A stretch of DNA of 60,849 bases from Chiloscyllium plagiosum (lineage: Eukaryota): the NCBI RefSeq assembly GCF_004010195.1, contig NC_057750.1, positions 4,548,814 through 4,609,662 of the forward strand. Reading direction: 5' to 3'. Of the stretch, positions 58,620 through 60,849 are shown in pieces. The notes under the pieces were generated by a model. The model had not been told where the DNA came from and searched no databases. It was given only the letters and a program-made list of their open reading frames with translations. Position 1 is the first letter of the stretch; every line of letters starts with the position of its first letter. The position numbers and the translations under genes are program-made.

Positions 58620-60849
58620 TACACTCCCTCAGCACTGACCCTCCGACAGTGCAGCACTCCCTCAGCACTGACCCTCCAACAGTGCCCACTCCCTCAGCAC
58701 TGACCCTCTGACAGTGTGGCACTCCCTCAGCACTGACCCTCCGACATTGCAGAGCACTGACCCTCCGACAGTGCGGCATTCCCTCAGCACTGACCCTCCG
58801 ACAGTGCGGCTCTCTCGCCACACTGACCATCTGACAGTGTGGCCCTCCCTCAGCACTGACCCTCCGACAGTGCCCACTCCCTCACCACCGACCCTCTGAC
58901 AGTGCGGCACTCCCTCAGCACTGACCCTCCGACAGTGCCCACTCCCTCACCCCCGACCCTCTGACAGTGTGGCGCTCCCTCTGCACTGACCCTCCGACAT
59001 TACAGCACTCCCTCAGCACTGACCCTCCAAACAGTGCGGCATTCCTTCAGCACTGACCCTCCGATAGTGCAGCACTCCCTCAGCGCTGATCCTCTAACAG
59101 TGCAATGCTCCCTCAGCACTGATCCTCCGACAATGCAACGCTCCCTCAGCACTGATCCTCCAACAGTGCAGCGCTCCCTCAGTACTGACCCTCCAACAGT
59201 GTGGCACTCCCTCAGCGCTGACCCTCCAACAGTCTGGCACTCCCTCAGCACTGACCCTCCGACTGTGTGACACTCCCTCAGCACTGACCCTCCGACAGTG
59301 CGGCCCTCCCTCCACACTGACAATCTGACAGTGCGGCACTCCCTCAGCACTGACCCTCCAACAGTGTGGCTCTCCCTCAGCACTGACCCTCTGACAGTGC
59401 AGCACTCCCTCACCGGTTACCCTCTGCCATTGGAGCACTCTCTCAGTACTGACCCTCCAACAGTGCGGCTCTCCCTCAGTACTGGCCCTCCGACTGTGCG
59501 GTGCTCCCTCAACACTGACCCTCTGACAGTGCAGTGCTCCCTCAGCACTGACCCTCCAACAGTGCCCACTCCCTCAGCACTGACCCTCTGACAGTGTGGC
59601 GCTCCTTCAGCACTGACTGTCCGAAAGTGCCCACTCGCTCAGCACTGACCCTCTGACAGTCTGGCGCTCTCTCAGCACTGACCCTCCAACAGTGCAGCAC
59701 TCCCTCAGCACTAACCCTCCAAACAGTGCGGCATTCCCTCAGCACTGACCCTCCGACAGTGTGGCACTCCCTCAGTACTGATCCTCCGACAGTGCTGCAC
59801 TAACTCAGCACTGATCCTCTGACAGTACGGCACTCCCTCAGCACTGACCCTTCAAACAGTGCGGCATTCCCTTAGCACTGATCCTCCGACAGTGCGGCAA
59901 TCCCTCAGCACTGACCCTCCAAACAGTGCAGCATTCCCTCAGCATTGACCCTCCGACTGTGCGGCACTCCCTAAGCACTGACCCTCCGACTGTGCGGCAC
60001 TCCCTAAGCACTGACCCTCCGACAGTGCAGCACTAACTCAGCACTGACCCTCCGACAGTGCAGCACTAACTCAGCACTGACCCTCCAAGCAGTGCGGCAT
60101 TCCCTCAGCATTGACCTTCCGACAATGTGGCACTCCCTCAGCACTGACCCTCCGACAGTGCCCACTCCCTCAGCACTGACCCTCTGACAGTGTGGCGCTC
60201 CCTCAGCACTGACCCTCCAACAGTGCCCACTCCCTCAGCACCGACCCTCTGACAATGTGGCGCTCCCTCAGCACTGACCCTCCGACATGGCAGCACTCCC
60301 TCAGCACTGACCCTCCAAACAGTGTGGCATTCCTTCAGCACTGATCCTCCGATAGTGCAGCACTCCCTCAGCGCTGACCCTCTGACAGTGCGGCCCTCCC
60401 TCACCACTGACCCTCTGACAGTGCGGTGCTCCATCAGCACTGACCCTCCGACAGTGCAACGCTCCCTCAGCACTGATCCTCCGACAGTGCATTGCTCCCT
60501 CAGTACTGACCCTCCAACAGTGTGGCACTCCCTCAGCTCTGACCCTCCGACAATGTGGCACTCCCTCAGCACTGATCCTCTGACAGTGTGGTGCTCCCTC
60601 AGCACTGACCCTGCAACAGTGCCCAATCCCTCAGCACCGACCCTCTGACAATGTGGCGTTCCCTCAGCACTGACCCTCCGACATTGCAGCACTCCCTCAG
60701 CACTGACCCTCCAAACAGTGCAGCACTCCCTCAGCACTGATCCTCTGATACTGCAGCACTCCCTCAGCACTGACCATCCGACAGTGCGGCCCTCCCTCAG
60801 CACTGACCCTCTGACAGTGCGGTGCTCCCTCAGCACTGACCCTCCGACA
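58620..60849. repeat. 33-bp diverged minisatellite running off the window end
   Basis: Consensus cagtgcggcactccctcagcactgaccctccga, about 67 units. Confidence 0.97.

Noticed and set aside
58620..60849. CRISPR-like periodicity
   Set aside because: Contiguous monomers with no unique spacers, no cas genes, and a vertebrate context.

Overview
Vertebrate, repeat-dominated window with the transposon complement of a cartilaginous fish (shark). It carries many tRNA-headed HE1-like V-SINEs and 3' fragments of HER1/CR1 LINEs. It also has Rex1/Babar and L2 fragments, Deu-type SINE tails, two pogo/Tigger-like MITEs and about 20 short Penelope-like (PLE) relics. Family names come from motif recognition, not a database search. 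I find no recognisable host protein-coding exon; the only clear protein homology is decayed retrotransposon ORF2 (best: CR1 RT at 12910-13683). Main observations: (1) three PLE-derived families, often arranged as fold-backs with 10-16 bp target-site duplications, each carry a minimal hammerhead-ribozyme core with covarying stems. (2) A 6.5 kb array of 35-bp units grew inside one such element and has an exact 19-unit (665 bp) higher-order period. (3) Several other tandem arrays are each seeded by a different transposon family. (4) Two inverted duplications are present, one with an identity gradient suggesting arm-to-arm conversion. (5) A CCAAT/GC-box promoter-like island with a candidate minus-strand first exon (about 35091-35340) lies between the two large arrays. 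Transposon boundaries are approximate, and identity figures are eye counts.
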